The translations under genes were made by a program, and so were the position numbers. Below the pieces are notes generated by a model. It did no database searches. It saw only the letters and a list, made by a program, of their open reading frames with translations, and was not told the origin of the DNA. A stretch of 64,000 nt of DNA from the NCBI RefSeq assembly GCF_018977255.1, contig NW_024704743.1:15750001-15814000 (forward strand), written 5' to 3'. The DNA comes from Callorhinchus milii. Taxonomy: Eukaryota. This document shows, piece after piece, positions 38,901-51,380 of the stretch. How positions within the stretch are numbered: the first letter of the stretch is position 1; each line of letters opens with the position of its first letter.

Positions 38901-39599
38901 ACAGAATTGAAGGATATCGGGAACACTATCTTTGTACATCACAATACAATACAAAATTACATTTGTATAGCGCTTCTCACATCGGGAGGACGTCCCAAGA
39001 CATAGATTATACATATCTACACAGCTAGATGGCTGTAACTCATCTTGAAAATCAAAGGATATTAGTGAACTGTTTGTACTATGCTCCACCACCTTATAAT
39101 ATCGGCACTGATCCTATCACTTTTTAAACACACTGCATCCTGTGCTCTACTCCAGTGTAACTTCATAAGCCAAGTGATTTGAACTCTCCCGACATGAAGT
39201 GTGCTATATATATGTAAATTGTATTGTACTACTGTATAAGTACCACACTTCAACTAGGGTTATTTTCCTGCAAACAGTATTCAAACCTGTTTGTTATTCT
39301 CTGTGCATCACACTCCAATTGTATGTTACTCTATGTGTAATATATGGTAGCCTGTGTATTTTTCTCTATATAACACGAGTGTGGTATTCTCTGTGTAACA
39401 CAACAACAACAACTTGCATTCATTTGGCGCCCTTCACATAGTGTAATGTGCATCCTCCGTGTTATTCTATGCCTGTGTGTTATTTTCTTCCCCAGGTGCT
39501 AACAGGATCAATCTATATGGATGTAAACTTCATCTCACAGAGCTGATCCAAAACCTTTCTGTTTTGTTTGTCCCCTGACTGTTGTTCAAACCCTACATA

Positions 39600-40270
39600 T
39601 GTTCTGACCCCATTTCAGCTTTCCCCCACCTCAGCCACTAGCTCTCCCTCTCAGGGAACCAAGACCCTCATCCATGCATTGATTCTGTCCAGGGTTGACT
39701 GCTTTACCTCTCTGCTCGCTAGATTCCCCAGTTCTTCTCTACATATGTTGCACACTAGCCAGAACTCTGCAAGTGGCGTCCTCTCCTGCACCAAACTCCC
39801 TGAGTGCTCCAGGATACTACCCCATGTGAAGGGCATTATGTAAAGTTGTTTTGTTGATGGTGTTGTGAGCCTGTTACCCCCATCCTTACCTGTTGACTCC
39901 CCATTCCCCCACTGAATTGAGTTCAATAGGTAATTCTCAATAGGTAATTGAGCTGAATCTATGTTCTCATGTTCAAATCCCTCCAGAGTCTTGTCACACT
40001 TTACCCCTGTGACTTCTTTCAATTGTATTGACTCGACCACTCTCTTCACTCAATGAACTTCAGCCCTTATGTCCCTCCCCCTATCTGCCCCACAATCAGA
40101 GGGTGGGTTTTCAGCCACTCTACCCTACTTTCTACAACTCAACCACGGAGTCCCCCTGACTCATTCCCTTCCTATTCTCTTTCAAGGCACATTATTGGCT
40201 ATATCTTCAGTCATCATTCTCATGACCACCTCCTCAGCTACCAACTCCAGCTTGGGTTCTCTTGGAGACT
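39600..40270 (+). mobile_element. Old L2 3' fragment
   Basis: TLIHALILSRVDC...QNSAS motif; interrupted by a tail-only copy near 39800-39850. Confidence 0.65.
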
Positions 40271-40461
40271 TCTTCCCAACAAGGTTGTTGAGAGTTGAAC
40301 AAGGTACGGAAGTTCCTTACTGGTTATGTGAGGTGGAGTATGCAGCCATGTAGATTGATGCTGACAGTAACTCAGGTGAGGAAGCGCTAATAAGCGGACC
40401 TTCATCTTGTTGGCATTCAACTGGAGAAAGTTAGCTTTCACCCAGACTTGATCCTGATAGG

Positions 40462-41940
40462 ACAACAACAACACATTTCATTTGTATAACACCCTTCACA
40501 TCAGGAATTTGGACCCGAGCAGGTGATTGGAATCAGGAGAGGTTGAGAGCAGGGAGGGTAGGAAGAAGTAGGATGGTGGCCGAAGGCAGAGTCAAAGAGG
40601 AGGGTCTTGAGACGTGCCTTGAAGGAGTCAAGAGAGGGAGCAAGACAAAGAGACTATGGGATGGAGTTCCAAAGGGTGGAGGCAGAGCGGTCTGGTGGGG
40701 GACATGGAGCAGGCCAAAGCCTGTTGAGTGGAGGAAACGGACAGATTGATATAGGGTTACAGAGGTAGGAAGGAACAAGGCTGTGGAGGGCTTTGAAGGT
40801 GAGGACAAGGATTTTGAACTGTATCCTCAGGCAGACGGAGGAGCCAGTGGAGCCGGGTGAGAGTGGGGGTGATAGGGTCACGGAGCCTGGTACGGGAGAG
40901 GACACGAGCTGCAGAGTTCTGTATGATCTGCAGCTTGTGGAGGAAAAATTTGGGAAGACCGACAAGTAGAGAGTCGGCATAGTCAAGCCTTGATGGAATA
41001 AATGAGGGGATGGACAGCACTGGTCCTGGAATCGAGGGTTGAGGCAGAGAGATAGAATTGGGCTTCATCTGCATACATAATAATAATAATCCTTGCATTT
41101 GATTTTGTGCCTTATTACGTCATTGAGATGTCTCAAAGCACTTCACAGAATATAAATCGACTGTACATTTTGTGGGTGAAACGCCAATTGTGCACAGCAA
41201 TGTCCCACAAATAGGCATGGATTGAGTGACCAAATTTATTTATGATTTTTTTATTTAATTTTTTTTTAAGGAATTATTACCTACAGAAAGCGATCTGCTA
41301 ATCGACTAACAACTGGGTTTCTACTTACTGCTAGGTAAACAGAGGCATTGCCTAAGGTTTTGCCTGCCCGGGAATCAAACCCAGGTCCTCTCGCTTGCGA
41401 GGCAAGTGCTCCAACCAATACGTTTCAGGCCTCACAAATTCCATGCATGTGGAAGTTAATCCCATGCCTGCATATGACATCACTAAGTGCAAGCATGTAA
41501 GTATCAAAGAGAAGGACTGAGGATAGAGTCCTGAGGAACACCACGGTGGGAGGAGAAGCTGTTGGCAGATACAAAGTGGAGATGATGAGTAAGGTAAGAG
41601 TGAAACCAGGCAAGGACAAAACCATGAAGGACCGTGAAGGTGGAGCTGAGAGGAAAGACAGTGGAGAAAGATAGAATGATCAACAGTGTTAAAGGGACCA
41701 GAACGATGGAGAGGCACTGGGATACAGAGAGAGCCTTGGTCACTGATGGAGAGAATGTCATCTGTAACTTTGACCAGTGCTGTCTCTGTGCTCTGGGCTG
41801 CACAGAAACTGGATTAGAGGGATTCATTCAGGGAGTGCAGGGAGAGGAAAGAGCGAAGCAACAACCTGTTCCGGTATTTTGGAAAGGAAAGGGAGGTTGG
41901 AGCTGGGACGGCAGTTAGGAAACAAGGATGAGTCGAGAGA
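40462..41940 (-). mobile_element. L2 RT-to-tail copy interrupted by a SINE
   Basis: SRLDYADSLL...QNSAARVL; GVPQDSIL; HGINFHM | SINE | YADE-like continuation at 41064-41078. Confidence 0.85.
41079..41436 (-). mobile_element. Young tRNA-SINE inserted at the L2 M-Y-A-D codons
   Basis: Flanked by CATACAT (41072-41078) and CATGCAT (41442-41448), a probable TSD. Confidence 0.85.
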
Positions 41941-41974
41941 AGGTGGCAGAAGCAGGTGCAGAGGCAGCAGAGCA

Positions 41975-42350
41975 GATGTCCACATTTTTGTACCTCACCG
42001 TCCACGAGCTCACCCTAAACAAAAACTTTGACATCCTCACTCTCACCAAAACCTGGATCAGCTCTGGCAACACCTTCCCCTCACTAAAGCTACCCACCTG
42101 GTTACACCTTCCAGCATACCCCACGATTGAACCCTATCCCCCTGGGAAACCAGCCACCTCCATTCACTCAAGTCACAGGAATGCATCGCTGAACCACCTG
42201 GCTCAAATCTAACTTAAAGGTCCCCCACAAGATTTGGCTGGACTGCATCAAAACCTATCGTTCCGCCCTCACCTCAACCAATTCATCCTGGAGGCCAAGG
42301 ATAACCCCCAGGCTCCACTTCTCCATCACGAACCACCTTCTTCACTCACT
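41975..42350 (+). mobile_element. L2 AP-endonuclease and linker fragment, internally deleted
   Basis: NFDILTLTKTW (DILxLTETW-like APE motif) and ILEAKDNP linker. Confidence 0.65.
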
Positions 42351-43059
42351 TTCCTATGCCCTGCCAGCCTGTGTTATTGTGTCACCCTACAGTCTGTGTT
42401 ATTCTGTGTGACACACTCTAGTTCAGCCTGATGTAAGAGATTGCTCACAGATCATGCCTTCAGCACTACGTGAAGCCTGCAAAATGACTAAGCGTCTTGT
42501 TTTTTAAAAAAAATAAGAAAAGGTGCTGTGATGTCATTGAATGCTTCATTTTGTTGTCGAGATCTCTAACCAAAATAATGAGTGTGTCACTGTAGGACTT
42601 CTGTCGGCAATTCGTTGCTTGTTAGTACCTGCTCTGGGATATTTACGGGACAGGGAAAGTATGTCTGCTGTAATACTGACTAAATACTACAGTAATGTCT
42701 GGTGTCCAGAACTCAGTTTAAACTCATGTTTAGGAGTAATTAGATGTAGCAAATATGTTAAATATGTGATGAGTAATATACTCTTCCAGCTGCTGCCTGT
42801 CAAGCTGTTCAATGCACTGCCTGGGTGGTTGGATTATTTGCATATCCTGGAATGTTGCTTCCAGCCTGTTTATAGTTTTTGTTTATATGGAGTCCTTCAC
42901 AAGATAGTTATTGAATTGTTTTCTTCCTTACAGTAATGTTACTGCTATGTGATTACTAAATGTGAAAATAAGAGTTGTCTTCCCAATACTGAATAAGTGT
43001 AACTTACTCTTTATCTGTTCATTCATTAAAATGGGTTGATTCAACAACTTACAGTGAGC

Positions 43060-43410
43060 ATGCACCCACCCATACATAAATACATGCACATATATACGCA
43101 CCCACACACACAGTATCATACACACATATATTGGCAAACATATGTACATACACAAACCTGTGGGCACACACACACTCAGAAAAACACATATATACACACA
43201 CACACAGAAACATACAAACAGACATACACACATACTGGCAAACATGTACATACACAAATCTGTGGGCAGACACACACAGAGACATACACAAACTTATACC
43301 AACCTGCAGGCATGTGCAAAGGCAATCACATGCACACAGGAAGGTTAAATGCAACATTTGATACATACACATCTGATATATATAGATGTGTATATATGCA
43401 GATATCTATA
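43060..43410. repeat. Degenerate (CA/TA)n microsatellite with a ~100-bp internal duplication
   Basis: TGGCAAACAT..GTACATACACAAA.CTGTGGGCA occurs at ~43132 and ~43236. Confidence 0.85.
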
Positions 43411-43713
43411 CATCTCTGGGGATAATTATCATATCAACCAAAACTACTGTCAAAAGCAGTCAATAGTTACCATTGGCTTCCAGGGTCAATCTCTCCCCTG
43501 TGATAATGTTTACCCACAAATACACGGTGACTCCACTTCCCAGTAAATCCTGTAAAGCGCTTTGGGACGTCCTCCCGACATGAAAGGTATTATTATTATT
43601 ATAACCCAATGACCACTTTTAACTATATTTAAAGTCTTTTGATAATTCTCATCAGTGGTATCACATGCCACATTTCCCTTCCCCACAACACTCATCTATT
43701 AGATACATGTATA

Positions 43714-43860
43714 CATAGAATCATAGAATTATACAGCACAGAAGGAGGCCATTCAGCCCATCGTGTCTGTGCCAGCTCTATGAAAAGAGCTATCCAATTC
43801 AATCTCACTCCCCCTCTCCCCATAGCCCTGCAAACTTGTCCTCCCCAAATAATTATCTAT
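43714..43860 (-). mobile_element. CR1 3' end
   Basis: CATAGAATCATAGAATTATACAGCACAGAAGGAGGCCATTCAGCCC is the reverse complement of the CR1 (ATTCTATG)n terminus. Confidence 0.75.
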
Positions 43861-44804
43861 GATTTTTATCCCATGGCTAAACACATGTACTGTGGGAACA
43901 TACATGAATGCACATAAACACTTCCATGCAGATATATACATACATGGGAGTGCATATGAAGTGTCCTTTTGTATTCTTTAGGAAGATGAGGATTGTTAAG
44001 TACATTAGATCTCTAATGCTTTGCAAATGCCCTCTCTCTCACACACAGACATACACGCACAATTTCTTGAATTTCAAGCTTGTCTTATTATCGCAAAAGA
44101 TCCTGAAAGCTGTTTGAGCTGACTATACTGACAACTCGTTCTCAGAAAATAAATCTAAATCAGCTGGTTGAAATTGAATTATTTAGCAGTCGGTTCCTGA
44201 TGATGTGCTAAGCTATGATAAAATAATTCTCCAGGCATGAACAATAAATTATTCACTTAGTTTTTCCTGTGGTTTGAACGTGGTTTCTCAGGTGGAGATC
44301 GACTGTGCAATGAGTGGTGGTGAATGATCAGACACCTGGGTTGGTCTCTAAAGTGAAGGGAAATGTTGCAGTTTTGGGAAAACCACAGATGGTTCATAAC
44401 TAACAAAATCGTGGTGAGATGACTGGGTTGGGATATGAGACACAAAAGAGGATGTGAGGTCATGGATGGGACTCCTAGAGTGGAAAGAACACAGGTTTGG
44501 TAATTTGGGCAAAACCTAACAATGAATAATTTGGTAGTCATAGAAAGAGAAATAATGTCTGATGTCATCAGACACCCAGGTCAGGGCTGATTCCATTATA
44601 CCTAGTAACATTTAAAGTTCATTTACGTTACAGCACTGAACCAGCAACCACTGAGAGCCACATTCACTTAGAATGACTACAGAATAATTACATTTACAAT
44701 AACTCTAAATTGCGACTTTCTTAACAAGATGGTGGTGGTAAGGGATGCGGCTCACAGTTTCCGTAGGGACTCTGCTCTGATACAATCTATTTATGGATCA
44801 GAGT

Positions 44805-45196
44805 TCCCATCAGTGGCCGTGCTTTCAGTCACTATGCCCCAAACCTCTGGAACTGCCTGCCTCAATCCGTCCGAAAACAAACAAAAATTTGGTCAATCAA
44901 TCCACTGCTATCTGTGGGACACTGCTGTGTGCAATTGTCTGCTGCGTTTCGCCCACAAAATATGCTGTCAATTCACTTTACAGTATATTCTGTGAAGCGC
45001 TTTGAGACGCTTTGATAAGGTGCTATGTCAAATGCAAGGATTATTGTTATTATTATTATTATCTTCACATCTCAGCTAAAGACTTTCCTCCTCACCTCCC
45101 CTTTCTACCTAGCTTGGTGTCAGACTCCACCATTGATCAGTGCTTTGAGACGCTACCCCATGAAGGATGCTATATAAATGCAAGTTGCTGTTGTTG
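44805..45196 (+). mobile_element. L2 3' end interrupted by a SINE 3' half (~44870-45060)
   Basis: GGCCGTGCTTTCAGTCACTATGCCCCAAA, SINE core and tail, then L2 tail. Confidence 0.7.
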
Positions 45197-46531
45197 AATT
45201 AACTTCAGAAATATGTTCCAAAATGCATTGTAATTTGCATTGACTTCTTAGAATGTAAATGACTTTAAATTTCCTAAGTCTCAGCTGATAGAAGTAATTA
45301 AAATCTTGTTTCAGTGCTATGTATATCACCTTTGGAGGTGTGGGCTACTAACAGGATTTCCCATTATAGTTGGTCAAGCATCACCAAAGCTGCTTTGCGT
45401 TACACTGAACAGAAATTTTAACCCTGTGTCTACACAATTCCTTTAGGTTCATCAAGCTCCACCATTGTTAAGCACTTTGAGACACTGCCCTCCGTGAAGG
45501 GTACTATATAAATGCAAGTGTGGTTGTTGTTGTTGTACTCTGGACAAGGTTCAGAAATAGCATAGCCATCCTGGAGCAGAGGCAGGGATTGACACTCAAG
45601 TTCCCTGTGCTGTCACTTTGGATCTGTGGAATCCCATTTATACTCGAATCTTCTTAAAGAACCACAGAATTTTTGTAGCACAAAATGTAGCCATTCAGCC
45701 CATCGTGCCTGTGTTAATTCTCTGAAAAATCTATCCAGTTAGTCCTAATCCCTTTCTTCATCCATTTTTATGTTTATTCAAATAACTAGAACCACTCGAT
45801 ACTGATCCCTGTTCAATTTCTTCTGTCATATTTGACTTCAGACACTTTTCTTGGTTAGACCACATCAGCTAGTTACAACCAGTTAGACTGTGATGAGTGC
45901 ACACACAAAGTTTTCCATGCCTCCTCAAGGTGTGACTTGTCTCCCAGGCCCATCAATATATCAACATTTAAATAGCTCTCACTGCTAATTAAATCCTTTC
46001 TCAATTCTTTTGCACACACTTTTCAGTTTCCAAACTTCCAGCTGCTCTGCCTCCAGCCCTGTTAGTTCTTCTTATCTGCTTTCCTTTGGAGTTTTGCATT
46101 GTAATCTGAATGAGGCCACTTGGACTTCTGGTATCTTGGAAACTTGTACCTTAAAGCACTTCACCTGGATTTAATAAAGAACTACAAATGTGGAACTTTT
46201 CATACAAGTGAGATTAGTTGCTGTTTATAACTCACTGTGAACCAAACATACATGTGTCACACGAATCACTGGGGTGAATTAGTATTGGGGCCAGCTTTTG
46301 CCTTTATTGGGAACAGTCAATAAATCAGAGGAATTGAAATTCATTAATAAAAGCGCCACTTTAACCAATATATGTGTGTATCTTGATGTCTGTTATGTTG
46401 TTTCATTCAACTTGGCCCTGAGGACGCCAGCAATTCCTGCGCAGCTGTAGATTGAGTTGCATATTAAATCCATCAAATTATAGCTTTGTGTGATGTTATC
46501 AACAACGAGAACCACTGACATAGTATAAATG

Positions 46532-46716
46532 TATTACTCCACGTCTGATTTCTGATCTTACATTCCTCCACATTACTCCATCTGATTTTACATTTTTTCA
46601 CATTACTCCACCTGATTTCTGATTTTAAATCCTCCAAGTCAGATTTCTGACTGTACATTTCTTGGAGTAATATGGAGGAATCTGTGTCAGATCAGAATTC
46701 AGACATGAAGTAATGT
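46532..46716. repeat. Foldback-like element: tandem subrepeats mirrored around a small hairpin
   Basis: ATTACTCCA units at 46533, 46572 and 46602; inverted arm from TGGAGTAAT 46663 to 46716; central AGTCAGA-TT-TCTGACT. Confidence 0.7.
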
Positions 46717-47269
46717 AGATAATATTTTATACTGTGCCAATGGCTCTTGGGGTTATTACCACTGTGTGAACCTAGACTTGATTATTTATTTATTCAGCTT
46801 CTGGCAGATCTGTTTCAGATTTCCATCTTCACCTCCTTTTTCCATTTTGTCACACGGATTAATGTTATTAAAAGCTTAATGTTTCATTTTACAATGCTCC
46901 ACGTTAATTTTCCTATTAAATTTTTCTATTTCACTTGGATCCATAACTATATTCTGGTTCCATTAGACTTCTTTATCATGTCTATTTGCGATCTAGTTTG
47001 GATTATGAATTGCTTGTTGCTGCCCTAAGTACAGGTTATAATAAAGAATAACAGCATTATTGCCTATTGATCGGGACAAGAGATTTGTTACCACTAGGTG
47101 GACCTAAAGAGCAATAGTTTTTCTTGACATTGCTGTGTGTCAGAAAAGTTACATTCCATTGAAAATGGAAACAAATGTTTGCTGAGCGTATGTGTTTGAG
47201 CTCCGAGAATGAAAAATAATTGAAAGAGGGTAGTTTACACCCTAGAGGCAGTGTAGAGGACAGCAACAA

Positions 47270-47760
47270 AGTGGATTTGCAGCATTGGAGGGATGATTAG
47301 ATAAACTAGGGCTCTTCAGCCTTGAGAGATGTAGCGGTGATCTGAATGTCTACAAGATGCTAATAAATGAGGTAGAGAAAATTGAAACGGCAACAATACA
47401 GGGTGATCAGGCAACAGGTTCAGGACTGTAAAAGGCAATTTTAAGACAGACAGTTGGAAGTGTTCCTTTACACAACGGTTAATCAACATCTTGAATGAGT
47501 TCCCAAGGGGATGGTAAAAGCCAGGGCACTGGACTCATTTAAGAAAAAGCCAAAGTAAACAGACAGTGAGAGTTACTGTCATGTAGCTAAACAATGAATT
47601 GGTAGACTCTGACGAAAAGTCATCGACGTGAAAGGTTAACTCACTTTCCTCTCTCCATAGATGCTGCTTGACTTGCTAAGTGTTTCAAGCGATTTCTGTT
47701 TTTATTTATTATTTAATGAATTGGTAGAGATGGGTGCATTTCCTTACATTTATTGGATAT
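47270..47760 (+). mobile_element. Old CR1 3' fragment (host of the Penelope-type insert)
   Basis: AAACTAGGGCTCTTCAGCCTTGAG (KLGLFSLE), TTTACACAACGGTTAATCAAC. Confidence 0.65.
47607..47714 (+). mobile_element. Penelope-type terminal mini-element with degenerate hammerhead ribozyme core
   Basis: CTGACGA (47609) - GTC/GAC stem - GAAA (47630); 14-bp TSD AATGAATTGGTAGA; homologous to 61723-62312. Confidence 0.7.
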
Positions 47761-48054
47761 TTGGAAGACAGTCTTGTAAACTATTGGAATACACTCATCT
47801 TTCAAGACTTTAGGCCATACATAGGCGACACTGTGGCACAGAAGCATTTCGGAAGCATTTGCTGAGACCTGACTGTGCAATTACCTCCTGATATTATCAG
47901 AGAGAGTGCCTACAATTAGTTGGCAGGGAGTGGTTTAAAGCACTCTGATGCACTAGAGCAAAAGTATCATGGTTTGTAGGGATCATAGTACTTGAAAGAT
48001 GTGCTGAAGTCTACAGAGATGATTTAGGTTTGGAAAAAAATTAAAACCTAGCTT

Positions 48055-48280
48055 TAGCTTGTGATAAAGGGCAATTTCAGAGCAGACACCAGAAATGTGC
48101 AAAGACCCAGAGGGGAATTAATGACTGCACAGGTTACAAATAAAGGTTGTTAAGGCCAGGATACTGGGACTCATTTAAAAAACAACTTGTTGCTGTGATG
48201 GGGGACGATAGGTTGGGTATTCTGGAAGGATGAGATCGGATTGGCCAAAGGGCCTTCTTCAATCAATCTTGTGATCTTGT
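48055..48280 (+). mobile_element. CR1 3' end
   Basis: AAAGGGCAATTTCAGAGCAGAC; tail shared with 5330 and 26550. Confidence 0.6.
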
Positions 48281-48734
48281 GAAATCTAAAGCCTTTCCCA
48301 GATTTCACAGGCCTCCATCTTGTTCAATGTGTCAGAGGATTAAGAAGGAGGTTAGGACATCCAGAAACACTGAACAACTTAAGAAAATTTCCAGGAAAGA
48401 AACAATGTGGGTTGGGCACCAGCAACAGAGTCTGCTTTCTAAGAGCTGTTAAAGACAATAGCTCAATGTGCAATGTGTTGCCCACAGTATCCTGGATGTC
48501 CATCAACGACACCAAATTGCATTTATGTAGCAGGTTTCTCATCAAGAGGACGTCCTAAAGTGATGAAATCAGTAACTGCTGCCACAAAGTGTGGACTTTT
48601 ATGAAGTATTCATTCTGTTATACTTCAGTGTAGATTCAGGAAAGTACCTAAATCAGCACCAAGTGTGGATTGCACCAATTTACCATCCTGTTTTGGGGTT
48701 TGTCTTTTTACTAGTTTCTAATAAGTGGGATTAT

Positions 48735-49035
48735 GAACTCACAGTCTGGGCTAACACTCCGTTACTCCAATGGGATGTGCTGCATTGTTGGAAGTGCTGT
48801 CTTTCGGATGAGATGTTATACTGAGGTTCGTCTGCGGGTTTGAATGGACGTCAAAGATATCATTATACTATTTGAAAGGAGATGGGAGTTTCCCCTGGTG
48901 TCCTGGCCACCAATCCCCCAGATAAAATTGATCATCACCTCATGGCTATTTGTGCAACTTTGCTGTACGTAAAATTGGCTGCTGTGTTTTCCAAAATAAA
49001 ATCAATTACTATACATGACAATAATTGCTGTGAAG
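48735..49035 (+). mobile_element. Older Deu-type SINE, headless
   Basis: GTCTTTCGGATGAGATGTTA body, core, tail. Confidence 0.65.
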
Positions 49036-50069
49036 AGCTTTGAAATGTTTCAATATCACAAGTAATGGGCAAAATTCTGCAGTGTATTCCTGAAATAGTG
49101 ACCACAGCAATATTAATAACAACTAATCTAATCTTGTAAAATAGTGACAGGATGCAACCAAACCTCAGCATACAAAACTTTAGACAGGCAAAGTTCAGGG
49201 AGGGAAGGCAGAGCATTATAGCATAGACTGGGGAGCACTAGTCAAGGAGAAATCTGTAAAGGGCAGCCTTCAAAACAGATTATGGGGCACTTGCAGAGCA
49301 AGTGCAAAGGGAGAAAATTACATAAAAATACTCTGCAATGGCAATTGAAAAGAGATTAAGAAAATGTATGTTTAAAAGGGACATTAAGAAAGAATAAAAA
49401 AATTTACAATTTGTGGGGAGAAGGGAGTGGACGATTCAGTCACCTTTAAAAACACGCTTACAGTTCACAGTAAGCCCTGTGAAGCACTTTGAAACATGCT
49501 CCTGATGTGAAAGGTGCTTTACCAAATGCAAGTGTTATTATTATTGTGATTATTATTTGGGGTGAATACAGGGAGAGGTTTTTAAAAATATGATTGAGAG
49601 CCAAGAAAAAAATGAAAATGGATGAAGCAGCAAAAGCAAAATAGAATTCCAGAAACTTCTTTGGATGCTATGAGGATGGAAATCTTTGTTTTAGGCTCTC
49701 TGCCCAGCTTTGAAAAAAATGTTTTAGAAGAAGCTTATAGCGGGTATAAGGTGTTATTTGGGACAGGGGCAGTAAACCAGAACAATACTTTCATACGTGG
49801 CAAGGCAGCTGGACAAGGGGATCAGTGGAATTGTTAGGACAAACACACGGAAGTATTTCTTCATTAATCCATGACTGTGTGCAATTGGCTGCAAAAATAT
49901 ACAGTCAATTCACTTTGCAGTAAATTCTGTGAAGCGCTTTGGGACATACAGAAGACATGATAAGGCGCTATATTAAATGCAAGGCTTATTATTAATATTA
50001 AGACTGGATTTAGGAATTGTCCACAGTTCTGCGTGATCTTAAATTTTTAGGCAAAATGGTCTAAGACAA

Positions 50070-50380
50070 GATGAATTTATTTTTGGTCAGCAGGATACAC
50101 AAGGAAACCCATCAATGTTTAGAGTATACAAACCAAACACAGTTTCACGTATGATAGTAATTTTCCCTTTGTCTGGAATGGACTGGATACACTCTCCCTG
50201 GAGGGACGGAGCCTGCTTAACCAATCTCAGCAAGTGCAGGTTAACAAGAGCTAAGGCTCAGAACCACAGAGCGCATTGAGGTCTTGCTGGAATTTAACCA
50301 GCTAAAACTGTAGAGCTTACCATTGAGAGTGCTGCCTGGTAAGCATTCTATTATCATTCCTATTATCTAGTTAGGATCAC
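50070..50380 (+). repeat. Unclassified repeat, copy C
   Basis: AAGTGCAGGTTAACAAGAGCTAAGG...TTGCTGGAATTTAACCAGCTAAAACTG matches copy A. Confidence 0.6.
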
Positions 50381-50757
50381 ATTAGGGCTTTGGCTTACAG
50401 AGTTAATAGTTGGCAAGTGGGAAGAACCCATGTACACAGTGACTGAACTACTTCTCCGAGGCCTGCTGATAAGCCACGCTGGCTGATCTGTTAACAGTGT
50501 CTATGAGTGCTGTGGACCTGCCTGACTCAGGAATAACACAACTTAGTGTGAAATGCATGAGAACATTTCCACCATCCACCCTCTTGCCCACAGCTTGTAT
50601 ACACAAATCCACCTTGTTGGTCAGTCCTGGACTTAGCAAATGGATCAAAGGAAAATCCTTTGCTGCACGAGAAAGAGTTCGGAACCATGAGAGAGAACTT
50701 TGGACACATTATATACCACAACCTCAACCTAATTGGGACCTTGCTATTCTTGAAGAG

Positions 50758-51055
50758 ATAATAACAATAATAATAATCCTTGCATTTGATATAGCGCTTT
50801 TCACGTCTTCTAGACGTCCAAAGCGCTTCAGAGAATATACTGTAAAGTGAATTGAATTGAGTGTATATTTGTGGGCAAACGCGGCAGTCAATTGCGCACA
50901 GCAATGTCCCACAAACAGTCATGGATTGAACATGACCAATTTATTATTGTTTTGTTTTTTTGGAGGAATTATTATTAGGCATGTGGAGGAAGGAAACTTG
51001 CCCAAGGTTTCGCCCTGCCTGGAATTGAACTCAGGTCTCTCACTTGCAAAGCGAG
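50758..51055 (-). mobile_element. Young tRNA-SINE, short subfamily, 5'-clipped
   Basis: Shares the CCACA.GCC|TAATAATAAT junction with 9361 and 61936. Confidence 0.85.
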
Positions 51056-51077
51056 ATGAGAATGACCTCAGTGCCCT

Positions 51078-51380
51078 TCACCCCTTCTCAATCCAGAACC
51101 ACAGGACATTGTCCAAGCAAATGTTGGTGTCCACCTCAAATCCCAGATCCCAATAGTAATCAACGATTTGGATGGATGCCACTTGCATCTTCAAGTCAAT
51201 ACCTTCCAGGTCCCCTCTTGAACCATACAGAACCATTACACAATACTTGGAAACATTCACTATCATGTCCCACGGAGTTGCCCAGGGTTCCAGATGGTGA
51301 ACCTAACACACAAGATCCCCAAGTGACTTTGCCAACAGCACAATATCATCTGCAAATACAAAACTAGGTGGAATTTTGTG
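51078..51380 (-). pseudogene. Non-LTR reverse-transcriptase relic unlike the resident L2/CR1
   Basis: One frame reads FVFADDIVLLAKSLGDLVC*VHHLEPWATPWDMIVNVSKYCVM...IQIVDYYWDLG; FADD at 51345-51356, stop at 51303-51305. Confidence 0.7.

Noticed and set aside
42541..42936. 131-aa ORF in unique sequence
   Set aside because: No homology I recognise and no coding-like features.
42928..43425. Cluster of His/Thr- and Cys/Val-rich ORFs
   Set aside because: They are translations of a (CA/TA)n microsatellite.
46532..46636. Repeats of 30-39 bp as a CRISPR-like array (likewise the ~30-bp repeats at 2037-2112)
   Set aside because: No unique spacers, no cas genes, vertebrate context. These are tandem or foldback repeats.
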